Under the pieces are notes generated by a model. The model was not told the origin of the DNA, did no database searches, and worked only from the letters and a program-made list of their open reading frames with translations. From Macrostomum hystrix (Eukaryota; Animalia; Platyhelminthes), in NCBI GenBank assembly GCA_950097015.1, contig CATNEN010000038.1, positions 4,278,001 through 4,342,000 of the forward strand: 64,000 bases of DNA. The letters run 5' to 3'. Shown here one piece after another: positions 47,521-60,773 of the stretch. How positions within the stretch are numbered: the stretch's first letter is position 1; each line of letters starts with the position of its first letter. The position numbers and the translations under genes were made by a program.

Positions 47521-47967
47521 CTATCTCTATCTACAAAGCGTAAATCTGAAAAAAATCTAAAGCAGCTAACCTGTCCCTAGCAGTTAAAAATATAGCCTAT
47601 CATTATTTTTGTTGTTCCTGAACCCTGAAAGCCTGAATCTGAAAATAGGGCCTCCGATCCTTAACCCGCTTCCACTACACCTATAGGCATCAACTGCCGT
47701 GGCTCAGGTGAATTTTGCAATGGAATACTCATTTATGGCTCCAGCCATTAGCCTAGCTATTCATATCCTTATCCCAAGGCGATGGCACAGCTTACATACA
47801 GTAGGAGTACTGGGGTATAGGGTTACCCTAGGCATGCATTCCGCTAGCCCCGCTTGCCTACAAAAGGGAAATAAAAGTACTTTTACGCTCGTAATGCCCA
47901 TGGAATTCACTTAAGTATTGCTTTTGACATCTTTTTGTACTCCGCAAGCACCTACGATTTTTGTAAT

Positions 47968-48980
47968 CCCATCTGATCCCACCTGACCCCATCTGATCCA
48001 TCCAGACCCCATCTGATCCCTCCAGACCCCATCTGATCCCTCCAGACCCCGTCTGATCCCTCCAGACCCCATCTGGTCCCACCTGACCCCATCTGATCCC
48101 TCCAGACCCCACCTGATCCCATCAGACCCCACCTGATCCCTCCAGACCCCCGTCTGATCCCTCCAGACCCCACCTGATCCCATCAGACCCCACCTGATCC
48201 CACCAGACCCCCGTCTGATCCCACCAGACCCCGTCTGATCCCACCAGACCCCATCTGATCCCTCCAGACCCCCGTCTGATCCATCCAGACCACATCTTAT
48301 CCCTCCAGACCCCACCTGATCCCATCAGACCCCACCTGATCCCATCAGACCCCATCTGATCCCTCCAGACCCCACCTGATCCCATCAGACCCCACCTGAT
48401 CCCACCAGACCCCCGTCTGATCCCACCAGACCCCGTCTGATCCCACCAGACCCCATCTGATCCCTCCAGACCCCCGTCTGATCCCACCAGACCCCACCTG
48501 ATCCCATCAGACCCCACCTGATCCCACCAGACCCCCGTCTGATCCCACCAGACCCCGTCTGATCCCACCAGACCCCATCTGATCCCTCCAGACCCCCGTC
48601 TGATCCATCCAGACCCCATCTTATCCCTCCAGACCCCACCTGATCCCATCAGACCCCACCTGATCCCATCAGACCCCATCTGATCCCTCCAGACCCCATC
48701 TGATCCCTCCAGACCCCATCTGATCCCTCCAGACCCCGTCTGATCCCACCAGACCCCATCTGATCCCTCCAGACCCCATCTGATCCCACCAGACCCTATC
48801 TGATTCCGCCAGACCCCATCTGATCCCTCCAGACCCCATATGATTCCGCCAGACCCCATCTGATCCCTCCAGACCCAATATGATTTCTGCCAGACCCCAT
48901 CTGATCCCTCCAGACCCCATCTGATCCCACCTGACCCCATCTGATCCCTCCAGACCCCATGTAATCCCTCCAGACTCCAT
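47968..48980. repeat. 20-bp minisatellite
   Basis: Tandem CCAGACCCCATCTGATCCCT. Confidence 0.95.
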
Positions 48981-49299
48981 CAGATAAGTTACTTTTTCCG
49001 TTCAAAAAGACTTTCGAGAATTTCTGAAAGGTTTTTCACTCAGACTAATTCGCAGTTTTAGGAACTAAAGGCTGAAAAACAAATAGCTTTATTTCTATTT
49101 CGATAGCAAATAGTGCAAGCAGGAGACAGACAACAAGGATGAGAATGCATTCATTTTGCATCCTTGATATGAAAATAATTTAGGACGCGTGGTAAATAAA
49201 TCAACTTCTCTGAACTTTGCAACACACATCAAATGGCAGACAATCAAGTTAAGAATTGAGAATAGGTGATGAAGTCGGAACCGGGGAAGTCAAATGGAG

Positions 49300-50850
49300 G
49301 AAGTCAGGAATCGGCCAAGTCAGGAATCAGCCAAGTCAGGAATCGGCCAAGTCAGGAATCAGCCAAGTCAGGAATCAGCCAAGTCAGGAATCAGCCAAGT
49401 CAGGAATCAGCCAAGTCAGGAATCAGCCAAGTCAGGAATCAGCCAAGTCAGGAATCGGCCAAGTCAGGAATCAGCCAAGTCAGGAATCAGCCAAGTCAGG
49501 AATCAGCCAAGTCAGGAATCAGCCAAGTCAGGAATCGGCCAAGTCAGGAATCAGCCAAGTCAGGAATCAGCCAAGTCAGGAATCAGCCAAGTCAGGAATC
49601 AGCCAAGTCAGGAATCAGCCAAGTCAGGAATCAGCCAAGTCAGGAATCAGCCAAGTCATGAATCAGCCAAGTCAGGAATCAGCCAAGTCAGGAATCAGCC
49701 AAGTCAGGAATCAGCCAAGTCAGGAATCAGCCAAGTCAGGAATCAGCCAAGTCAGGAATCAGCCAAGTCAGGAATCAGCCAAGTCAGGAATCAGCCAAGT
49801 CAGGAATCAGCCAAGTCAGGAATCAGCCAAGTCAGGAATCAGCCAAGTCATGAATCAGCCAAGTCAGGAATCAGCCAAGTCAGGAATCAGCCAAGTCAGG
49901 AATCAGCCAAGTCAGGAATCAGCCAAGTCAGGAATCAGCCAAGTCGAGAATCGGTGAAATCGAGAATCGGTGAAGTCGAGAATCGGTGAAGTCGAGAATC
50001 GGTGACGTCGAGAATCGGTGAAGTCGAGAATCGGTGAAGTCGAGAATCGGTGACGTCGAGAATCGGTGAAGTCGAGAATCGGTGAAGTCGAGAATCGGTG
50101 ACGTCGAGAATCGGTGAAGTCGAGAATCGGTGAAGTCGAGAATCGGTGAAGTCGAGAATCGGTGACGTCGAGAATCGGTGAAGTCGAGAATCGGTGAAGT
50201 CGAGAATCGGTGAAGTCGAGAATCGGTGACGTCGAGAATCGTTGAAGTCGAGAATCGGTGAAGTCGAGAATCGGTGACGTCGAGAATCGGTGAAGTCGAG
50301 AATCGGTGAAGTCGAGAATCGGTGAAGTCGAGAATCGGTGAAGTCGAGAATCGGTGAAGTCGAGAATCGGTGACGTCGAGAATCGGTGAAGTCGAGAATC
50401 GGTGAAGTCGAGAATCGGTGAAGTCGAGAATCGGTGAAGTCGAGAATCGGTGAAGTCGAGAATCGGTGAAGTCGAGAATCGGTGAAGTCGAGAATCGGTG
50501 AAGTCGAGAATCGGTGACGTCGAGAATCGGTGAAGTCGAGAATCGGTGAAGTCGAGAATCGGTGAAGTCGAGAATCGGTGACGTCGAGAATCGGTGAAGT
50601 CGAGAATCGGTGAAGTCGAGAATCGGTGACGTCGAGAATCGGTGAAGTCGAGAATCGGTGAAGTCGAGAATCGGTGACGTCGAGAATCGGTGAAGTCGAG
50701 AATCGGTGAAGTCGAGAATCGGTGAAGTCGAGAATCGGTGACGTCGAGAATCGGTGAAGTCGAGAATCGGTGAAGTCGAGAATCGGTGAAGTCGAGAATC
50801 GGTGACGTCGAGAATCGGTGAAGTCGAGAATCGGCCAAGTCAGGAATCGA
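49300..50850. repeat. Compound 16-bp minisatellite (two related units)
   Basis: AAGTCAGGAATCAGCC to about 49945, then AAGTCGAGAATCGGTG to about 50830, then back to the first unit. Confidence 0.95.
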
Positions 50851-51229
50851 CAAAGCAAACTACAAAATAGCATGCGACTTTCATGTCCCTGACATTGTGA
50901 AGTGTTCTGCGCCATTCAATCCTCCCCCAAACCAATGCGTGCAGCGTTCTGGCGGAGAGCCAAAATTTATTTGCGCAAATGCATTGCCCCGTCAGCTTGG
51001 CCTATGTTGTACAGTCTAATTCGGACTTATGCTCTAACGTTGCAAAAAAATAATTTTTTTCGGCTGTGCCATTGCACTCAATAATTTGCGCAGCATGTGT
51101 GCTTGTGCATAAGCTGCATTCTGCTTATCTCGCATTGCTTGTCGTTTCCAAAGATCTGTTTGCTTTACAAATGTGCTTGCTTTGAATTCTTTTGGATATT
51201 ACTTCGTCTCGGATGAAAGAGGAGAATCG

Positions 51230-51910
51230 GAGACAGACAAAGACAGACAGCAAGAAACAGCAGGAGACAGGCAATAAGAGACAGGCAGCAACAGGAGACA
51301 GACAGCAAGAAACAGCAGGAGACAGGCAACAAGAGACAGGCAGCAACATGAGACAGACAACAAAAAACAGCAGGAGACAGACAGCAAGAAACAACAGGAG
51401 ACAGGCAACAAGAGACAGGCAGCAACAGGAGACAGAAAACAAAAAACAGCAGGAGACAGACAGCAAGAAACAACAGGAGACAGGCAACAAGAGACAGGCA
51501 GCAACAGGAGACAGAAAACAAAAAACAGCAGGAAACAGAACACAAGAGACAGCAGGAGACAGGCAGACAACTGGAGACAGACAGGCAACAGGAGACGGAC
51601 AACAGAGACAGGCAGGCAGCAGGAGACAGGCAGGCAGCAGGAGACAGGCAGGCAGCAGGAGACAGGCAGGCAGCAGGAGACAGGCAGGCAGCTGGAGACA
51701 GGCAGGCAGCAGGAGACAGGCAGGCAGCAGGAGACAGGCAGGCAGCAGGAGACAGGCAGGCAGCAGGAGACAGGCAGGCAGCAGGAGACAGGCAGGCAGC
51801 AGGAGACAGGCAGGCAGCAGGAGACAGGCAGGCAGCAGGAGACAGGCAGGCAGCGGGAGACAGGCAGGCAGCAGGAGACAGGCAGGCAGCAGGAGACAGG
51901 CGGGCAGCAG
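51230..51910. repeat. Purine-rich 18-bp minisatellite
   Basis: AGGAGACAGGCAGGCAGC units, degenerate on the left. Confidence 0.9.
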
Positions 51911-53239
51911 GAGATGTAAGTATTTATTATCCAAGTGTAATCAGCCGATTTGTAATCTCTGCAGATTCCTAAAATTGAAAGCTGGATGCAATCTATTGGA
52001 TGTTGCACGCAATGGATCTGGTTGCTGTGGTTTCAGCTTGCATCATCAGCAAGGACCCCAAAGCATACAGTGTGGTACAGTACAACCCAGTACTAAAGGC
52101 ACGCACACGGCAGGCTGTCTGCCGAGATGAAATGCCAGACAGAAAGCACTTTTGCTTTATCCACCCCCCAGCCATGGGATTTGAAAGAGGCAGGGGGAGA
52201 CAGGGGGAGACGGAGAGAGAAGGGACGTAGGTTTGGGGATTTAGAATATGGGATGTAAGGGGAAAAATGAGGGACAGAAAGTCGGGGGGTGAGAGTGTCT
52301 GGCGTTTATCGATCCAGGTCATCCAGTGGCCCGGCCAGCCCCCTGCCTCAGCTCATTTGCCTCAGGGAAGGGGAGCGGGAGGGAAAGAGGGAAGAAAAAT
52401 GATCGGCCTGGCTAGTTAAGGCCCCCACCTACTTTCTTAACTATGGGTAATGAAGGTGCATTAGAGAGACATTTTAGTTCGTCATATGGCAATTTAAACT
52501 GTGGATTTTGTGTACCCACCAATGGCCTTCAATTATGCATATTTCTGTAGCTTTCGGAAGCAGCTAGAAAGAGTGGTTGAGAAAAACTGTGAAAAAATAC
52601 CCACACAGAAGGTCCTCTCTGGAGCTTCTCACCGAGAGGTCGGGAGTTCGATTCTAATCCTAAAGTAGAACAATTTGTCATTGTCCAAAACACTTGCTCA
52701 GGCCAGCATGAATAATAATAATACATTGCAGGAGGTCTGTGGCGTACAGCTCTGAATATAGAAACTTCCGTAATCGCGCGACAAATTTTCAAAACTCTTG
52801 TTTCTTTAGAAAGCAGAATAAATTCTTTACATTTTAGTTGAAGATTGTGTCTAGTTTCGTTTGGGCCACAAACGATTGCGTCAACGGAAATTGGGAACAA
52901 AGTATTTTTTTGCGCGCCTTCCATCGAAACAGGAATACAACAGATTGCTTATCTGCGAATAGTCTATGGTCAAGCCGTCCCCCATCTTTGAATTCCCAAC
53001 GGGTTATGTATATGATAGTGGCTGCTTTATTGGCATTCTATGGTTAGAAAGTCTGAGGCTGCGTTAAATGGTCCGAGGCGTGCGAAGCGAGCCTCGGACC
53101 ATTAAACGTGGCCGAGGACTTTTTAACCATAGACTGCAAATTGAGCAGCCACTATTTTATATGAAATTCGATGCTGGCTCAGTCAGTCAGTCAGAGAGAG
53201 AGATCAGTCTTGTTAGCTTCGAGTTTATTTGCATCCACG

Positions 53240-53599
53240 ATGGCCGACGCTGAAGAAGAATTAGACTTTTCTGCATTCTTGGACTCTTTTGAAGCCTCAC
53301 CCGCCACCGATGTGAAGTTTCTGCCGTTGCTTGATACTACTCGTGTTGGTGAGGTGTTAAGTGCCGACGACGTGGAGCGTAGGATGGCGGAGAGTTTGCC
53401 CGACGTTACGCGTGCGAAGGAGAAGTGGGCTGTCAATGTGTTTCGAACGTGGAAGGAAAGTCGCGTCCAGTTGCAAGCGCAAGGCGACGTGCCCGGACTC
53501 ATGGTGATAAAGCCACTTGAGGTGCTGTCAAAGTCTGAGGTGAATGAGCTTCTCCAATTCTTCGTCTTCGAGATTCGTAAGGAGAATGGAAATGTTTGA
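53240..53599 (+). pseudogene. Truncated DUF3504/Crypton-type tyrosine-recombinase-related ORF (N-terminal part)
   Basis: SLPDVTRAKEKWAVNVFRTWKESR..EVNELLQFFVFEIRKENG matches the conserved segment (T..T.WAV..F..W..LN..L..F..E.RK.dG) preceding DUF3504 in CryptonA/ZMYM/QRICH1/KCTD1-like proteins. The ORF stops before any catalytic domain and is flanked by palindromic motifs. Confidence 0.65.
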
Positions 53600-54867
53600 A
53601 ACGTTTCGCGTCAATAAATGATTTGCGGCCCATTATTTAGCGCCCATTATACGGTTTAATGGGCCCCGTTTTCGGGACCATTATATGGCACACTGGTTCA
53701 AGACTTCGCATTTTCAACCATAGACGATAGATTCGTGGCTCAGAATGCGCCCATTAAACGTCCATTAACGACGAAATCGGATTTTATATTTGGATATACC
53801 CATTTGCAGATGAGCAATCTGTATATTCCTGTATCAATGCGTTTGTGAGCATATTTTTTATTCAATACAACAAAGCTGAATAAACAGATTGTATACATAT
53901 ACGAAAACGGTAACGTGGGCATACCGGCCTACCGGCCTCGACGCGGTAAGGCAGTTGTGTGTGAAGCGTGACCTCTCGATAATCATATACTCGTATTGTG
54001 CACCTACCTGTTTTAGCTACTGAACTGTTCTTAAATAAAGTTTAAGGAAGACAAAAGAAATTTATCACCAGATAAAACTGGTATTTCCAGTCAGTTCGAG
54101 TAGTTATGACATCAGCTGCAATATTTTTCAATGTTCATATACTTCACAATAAATGTGACACAATTCTTACGGAAATCGGAGAATCGATATGCTAATGGAA
54201 GCTATTGAAGTCTGTAAACAACTTTTTTATCTGCACTTGGAAGCAATGTTTGCGTCTTTTTAGTGCAAAAGAAAAACCGATCAGACTACTTGAATTAGTA
54301 AGTAGTCAGTAGCGATTTGTTGGCTAAATTCTTTGCTTCCATTAAAAATGGAAATATGTTTTATTCACATCCGATCAGAAACCAGAGGATATTTAAAAAC
54401 AGGGGCTGAAATGATCAGATAAAATTGAAGAGATTCGATGAGAAATGAAGGGATCAGAAAATAAATAAAGGGATCGGATGAGAAATGAAGGGATCGGAAA
54501 AGCTATAAAGGGATCGGATGAGAAATGAAGGGATTAAATAAAAAATAAAGGTTGTTAGAAATATCATGTACCAGCGTACATATACATACACACAGGTCTG
54601 AAGTCCTTGTTGCTCGGTCAGCAAAGACTGTGCATGAACTTTAGAAAGGTATTCGTCTTAAGATTTTTTAACAGTATAGGAAAATAGATACATGTGACAT
54701 GTAGGGGCATTGTTATAGTTTTCCTTTTATTACAGTCTATCTAATAAGTCTTTCTACTCTGTTATACGAGCTAAAACGCCAAAATCACATTGCATAGACA
54801 TCTGTTTAGGTATTGGTTCTTAAAGAAAGCACAAAGTGATTTTAAAACATTGTTCTTTCTGTGTTTC

Positions 54868-56280
54868 TCAAGTCTTGCACTGTTGACTGCACCCCTTGTA
54901 CTTCTTGTAACCGGCATTGTTACTCGTACCGTCAGACAGCACGATCGACGGCTTGTTTGAAGAGTCCGCGCCTAAGGACGCGATTGACTCTCCGCTTGTG
55001 ATGCTTTTGAAATTCCACTCAACTTGGTCCAGACAGATCCTGTGGAATAGTTGCGTCACATTCTCACCTGTGAGAGCCGATGTCTCAAAGAAGGCTGCAC
55101 TGATTTCTGCGGAGTTGTTCATCATGGATGTGTATAAGAATCGATGCCAAGTCAACAGCAATCCATTGATGGCTGTCCTTAGTTCTTACATTAACATTAG
55201 AGTAACATTATCATAACTGTACATCTGTATATCTGGACAAGACTATTCAGTCAGATCAATAATGGTCAGTACCAATCTACCTGGACGATTTAACAATCGG
55301 CTCAATCAAGGTCAGTACAAATCTACCTGAACAACATCGACGAATTCACCCAATCAAGGTCAGTACCAATCTACCTGAACAACATCGACGAATTCACCCA
55401 ATCAAGGTCAGTACCAATATCTACCTGAACAACATCGACGAATTCGCTCAATCAAGGTCAGTACCAATCTACCTGAACAACATCGACGAATTCGCTCAAT
55501 CAAGGTCAGTACCAATCTACCTGAACAACATCGACGAATTCGCTCAATCAAGGTCAGTACCAATATCTACCTGAACAACATCGACGAATTCGCTCAATCA
55601 AGGTCAGTACCAATCTACCTGAACAACATCGACGAATTCGCTCAATCAAGGTCAGTACCAATCTACCTGAACAACATCGACGAATTCGCTCAATCAAGGT
55701 CAGTACCAATATCTACCTGATTCAGCATCGACGAATTCGCTCAATATAGGTCAGTACCAATCTACCTGAACAACATCGACGAATTCGCTCAAAGAGGGTC
55801 AGAACCAATCTACCCGATGACATTAGCAATATGTGATTTGTACTTACTCTCAGCATACTGCTTTGCCTTCTCCGTAGACACCATATGCGTCTGCATTGGC
55901 AGATCTCGCTTACAGCCGCACAGGTAGAGCCGGCAGTTGGGCTTCACCTTGGCAAGGTCGCCAACCCAGAACTCCAAATCGTAGAAGCTGCTATAATCCG
56001 TAATATCGTAGCACAGGATGGCTGCCTTGGCGTTTCTGTAGTACATAGGCATCAAGGAATGATAGATTTCGGAGCCAGCGGTGTCCCACAGGTGCATCTT
56101 CACTGTCGTGCCAGCACCAACCAGCACTGATTTAGTAACGAACGCTACAGCTGTGGTCGAAGTTGTCAACGATATGTCGAAACCCTGGATAGCGAAGCGA
56201 CCTAGCAGGCTGGTTTTGCCTGCGTTGCTGTTGCCAATGACCACCGTCTTGAGGCCATCTGTGAGAGTATCTTGCTGCAT
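54868..56280 (-). CDS. RAB24: Rab24-like small GTPase (divergent)
   Basis: Exons 56280-55848 and 55106-54868 (phase 1). G1 GNSNAGKT; WDTAGSE (Ser instead of catalytic Gln); YYRNAKAAILCYDITD; LYLCGCKRDL; FETSALTG. These features are characteristic of Rab24. Confidence 0.8.
55260..55810. repeat. 48-bp minisatellite in Rab24-like intron
   Basis: Tandem AATCTACCTGAACAACATCGACGAATTCGCTCAATCAAGGTCAGTACC. Confidence 0.95.
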
Positions 56281-59255
56281 TTAAGAATATACCATGGCAG
56301 CTTCGCGAGTACTACTCGTTAAGATAGATGCCAACTTGTTGACTGCAGGTTTTTAGATTCGTAGATTCGTGTTTCTTCTTCGCAATAAACTGCTTACATA
56401 TGTGGTTTTACGTACGTACCTGTATATATAAAGTAGCTGGTATATTCTTGCTCAGCCTAAAAGAAGTACCTTTAATTTAAACGCGCAATAAACAATAGCA
56501 GCTTGCCTATGATGTTCAAGGGCCTATGTAAGTAACTCGCAAAGTCTGTCTCTCTCTGTCTGTCTACAATGCGAGTAAATGGACTATAATTCTCATCTAC
56601 GCTCGCTTCACTCTGCACATCTTTCATAGCTCGTTTATCGGTTGCAGTATCTATGCGTACACGATGCCTATACGCTATTAACATTATGCTTGAAGTTGCA
56701 AAGAGAGTATCGGATGTAGATATCGCTTCAGAGATACATAGGAGACTTCATAAATTCATAGCAGAAAGACGCAAATCTCTGCAATGCAATTATATGTAAT
56801 CGTATTGTGATATATAGGTTCTGTGAAATTTGCATGTGGATTTTTTTAATAAGTCAGTGTGATGGTTTGACTACTAAACGAAACTTGTTGAGTAGTATCC
56901 AAACTAAACTTGTTTACGCTCGTAGTAGTAAAATAGTGTGTTAGATTAACATGGTTTTGTGTTGTTAAACAGTAACCATGCATTAACCATGATAACTATA
57001 AAACATGGTTCTAGTTACATGAAGCGTGCAACCCTTTACCTCAATTTTAACATGGTTCGATTTATCGAGTATACCGCGTCAATGTGAACCTCTAAATTAC
57101 CTTTGTGCACACCTACAAAATACAGTTGAATCGAACTGTAAGGGCCAACCATAAGGTCCCGGCTGCTGTTGGGTTGTCACCTCAAACATTGAGATTGGTC
57201 GATAAGGAGAGATGATGGGTTGGCTATCAGCAGGTGCATGAACATATTGGTAATGGTAATTGAATATGGAGATTGGTGGATGGGTATGGAGATTGGCTGA
57301 CGGGGTGACGCTACATGGTGCATGGATGAGGGTAAGTGGGCTAAGCGAGGAGCTGGCACCAACGTTGAACAATTAGATCAACAAGAGCAAAATGGAGGCT
57401 TACCAGATCGAAGTTTTTTTCTGACTGTGAGAACTTCTAACCCTTCATCAAAGGAATTTCCATTTCTGAAATCTTAAATGCAGCTTAGGCATATTGACAG
57501 GGACTTAAAAAATAAATCTGTGTGCATATACGATCTATAAAGCATCTGATAGCGCGCAAGCCATCAGCCGAGAGCAGGGCGTCAAAATTTAATTATAATT
57601 ATTGCTGGCTTGTGACTGCACGCGGATCCACTGCAGGGAAGTAGGAATGCATGTGCAAATTTTTCTGACCAATTGTTTTTTTTAGGAATCAGACCCACCC
57701 AACTTTCCGGTTTACTTTTGGCAACAAAGTAACGTTACAACAAAATTGCTGATATTGAATTATTTAGCACAGAAAAAAATTATATTTTTAATATGGATAT
57801 CTCTGAATTTGTTAAATTTACCGTAAACAATCCGAATTGTATAGAGAAACGTAGCTGATCTTCTTTTTCCTGGAAAACTTTACGTTCATGTAATCAGCTA
57901 GGTTCCAGACTATATAGTATACCAATATTTTATATATTATACCAGTATACAAATATTTATAGTCCAAGAATGAAATTTGCTTTACCTTAACCTTTCCATT
58001 TACTTTTTGTTAAATTATTCCTTGGCCCTCCTAACCAAATTCACAAGTCACAGTAACTTCGAAAAATGTTTATGTATCTAGAAATTTGTAAGCTTTAAGT
58101 AGGCCACCGCTATACTTTAGGCCCTATACTATGTACTTTATAGCATAAATTACTATATAATACAGATACATATAACATATTCATGTCTATATAAATAAAT
58201 TTTACCTTATCTTTCCTTATCTGCAGCTTAGTTTTCCCATATCTGCGACTTTAGTTTTCACTCATCTGCAAAGAAGTTTTCCCTCAACTTTGACTTTGTT
58301 GTCCTTTATCTGCAACTTTGTCTTCCCTCCACACTCCATAAGGTGTACATTACGAATCCGGCGTACATTTTGCTTGGCTAACCCTTTCTTGGCATACAGT
58401 TGGTGTACAAAAAATTTTTTTTATGCGTCTGGCATACAATTGGCATAACTTGTGCGCTGGACCAGACCGACCGACTACATTAAACATGTTGACGTTAAAC
58501 ACAAATTACAATGACAATAGTATTTAAATTTAAAAATTTTTCAGAGCAGTCCAAATTAACAACTTGTTTATTGTAGGCTATTGTCAGCAGTAAAAATATT
58601 TTGACAATTTTTGCCCAAGAAAATCAGTTGCAAATTTTGGCGTACAATTACATGAGAAAAAGTTAATGTCGGCGTACATTGGCATACAAACACACGCATG
58701 TCCATTTTCAATCCGGTGTACACCCAGCATGATCCGGACTATTGTCTTCCCTCAACTGTATACTTTAGGTTTTCATCAACTGCAGCTCAGTTTCCCTTAT
58801 ATTAGGGTGCCTAGTAATGACAATGATTGTAACAATAATTAAAAAATTAATAATTGCAGGAGGGCTGCAGGAAACTGCACATCATTTGGTGACAATAGAC
58901 CTGCAGCCAGCAAGGAGGCAGTTCTGTCCATTTTGCTGACTCCTGAGCTTGTACAAATCTTAGCTTATAGGCCTAACATTTGTACATCTGCTTTGACTTA
59001 GACTTTTTGTCAGGTAGTGTATACTCTCAGTGTCTATATGCCATCAAGATAGGCCCACAAGTGTGCAAATTGCACAACAAGCCCCCAAGCCTTCTTTCCA
59101 CTGCTGTAGCCTAAATAAATGTGGCTTATGGAATCAAGCCAAGGGACCTTGTTTCAAAAGGCAAATGTTTTTAGACAGCTTGGCCACTCACCCCTAGTTT
59201 TCTTACTACAATGTAGTTTTCCCTCACCTTCTCATCTGCAACTTTGCTTTACCTA

Positions 59256-59794
59256 TAGTCCGGATCATGTTGGCTGCATACCAGAAGAAAAATTGTGAAA
59301 AAATTGTTTGCACACCAAGGATGCTAAGTTTTTTTCAAATTGCACACCAGTGCACACTAATGTGGTACATCATATAATTTGTATAAAAAAGATGTAACAC
59401 TTTTTCACTTTAAAGAGACAAACTGGCTTCCATTTTTTTTATTTAAGGAAAAGCAATATCAAACAGACAATTTATTTATTAATAGTGTTTATAGTCCAAT
59501 TTACAAAACTTGGACTAAAAATGTTTTTACAGATAACAGAACATTTTGTTTTAGTCATGCTAAATCCAAATTAAATAATTGGTTGATATTTGTAATTGTC
59601 CATACAGATACATGAAACACATATGATCTCTTTTTAAATGCAATCTAAGATTGCACACTACACCATCGCCATGCACGCCTTGCACACCAAAGTGTACGCC
59701 AACCCTTAAAATATATACCAATGCATGCCATACACACCAGATGAAAACAAATGCATGCCAGAAAATTCCTGTGTGCACTACATGATCTGGACTA
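59256..59794. mobile_element. MITE with TA-flanked terminal inverted repeats
   Basis: TAGTCCGGATCATGT ... ACATGATCTGGACTA. A second right end CATGATCCGGACTA lies at 58728-58741. Confidence 0.65.
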
Positions 59795-60253
59795 TGGAGC
59801 TTTACCTCATCTGCAACTTAGTTTTCTTTCAAGCATGACTTAGTTTATTTTCTCAATTTATGACCATAAAACAAGTTTCTTTGGTCCAATTTTCATATGC
59901 TATTTGTTTACTTTCCTATTCTTCTATCCTTTTTCTCTTCCTTAGTGCTTCTTTTTTGCTATTGTCCCTTTGTCCTGCTTTGATTATTTTTCACTTGCTA
60001 ATACACCATGGTCCGTTGATTTTGGGACTTACTTTGCTTGGCCCTTTTTTACCCAGCATATTTGGCTATGTGGGCATGGTGTTGCAGATACATTTATTCC
60101 TTTGCAAAAAATCTAGAATAATTAAAACAACAAAAAATATCTTACTGATAGTATAACCATGTCTAAATTTTGCTTGAAATGTAATGACTATAAGTCAGAA
60201 AGCCTTTATAAAAAATCAAACTACTAATATAGAACATCTAGCATGGGTCAGTA

Positions 60254-60535
60254 CATACATGCGCAACACCCGGCCGACCCGGCCGAACCGGCTGGGTGAA
60301 ACGAGGGCCAAGCAAGGTAAGTCGCAAAAACCAATCGACCAAGCGCCAAAAAATCAAAGGGGGGACCAAGGGACAAAAAAGGAAGGCGTGAAGAAAAGGA
60401 AAAAGGGGAGAGAAAAAAGAGAGCAAATGAGAGCAAACTAAGTCGTAAATAGAGCAATGAAACGAACTAAGTCGCAAATGAGAGCAAAAACTAAGTCGCA
60501 AGGCCGGCTAAGATTTGGGAGGTTGCGCATGTATG
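60254..60535. mobile_element. Non-autonomous DNA transposon (hAT- or P-type MITE), 282 bp
   Basis: Perfect 14-bp TIR CATACATGCGCAAC/GTTGCGCATGTATG and perfect 8-bp TSD GGTCAGTA (60246-60253, 60536-60543). Confidence 0.9.
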
Positions 60536-60773
60536 GGTCAGTATATATATCATTGTAGCTGTATGCTAATGTTTGGCATTTTTGTATTATTTATAATTTG
60601 TGCTTAGTATGTTATATTTATTTATTTGTTGTATGCCTTTTACCATAAAAGTAGAATATACTTTTTATACTTTTTGGGGATAAAAACATTACAATTTCTT
60701 GGACATAATTTAGGTAAACTATTTTCATGACTTGAAAATATATTTAATGGCAACAATTTCAGAAACCCTGACA

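Noticed and set aside
47858-52130. Multiple 100-330 aa low-complexity ORFs
   Set aside because: Stop-free satellite frames with no coding features.
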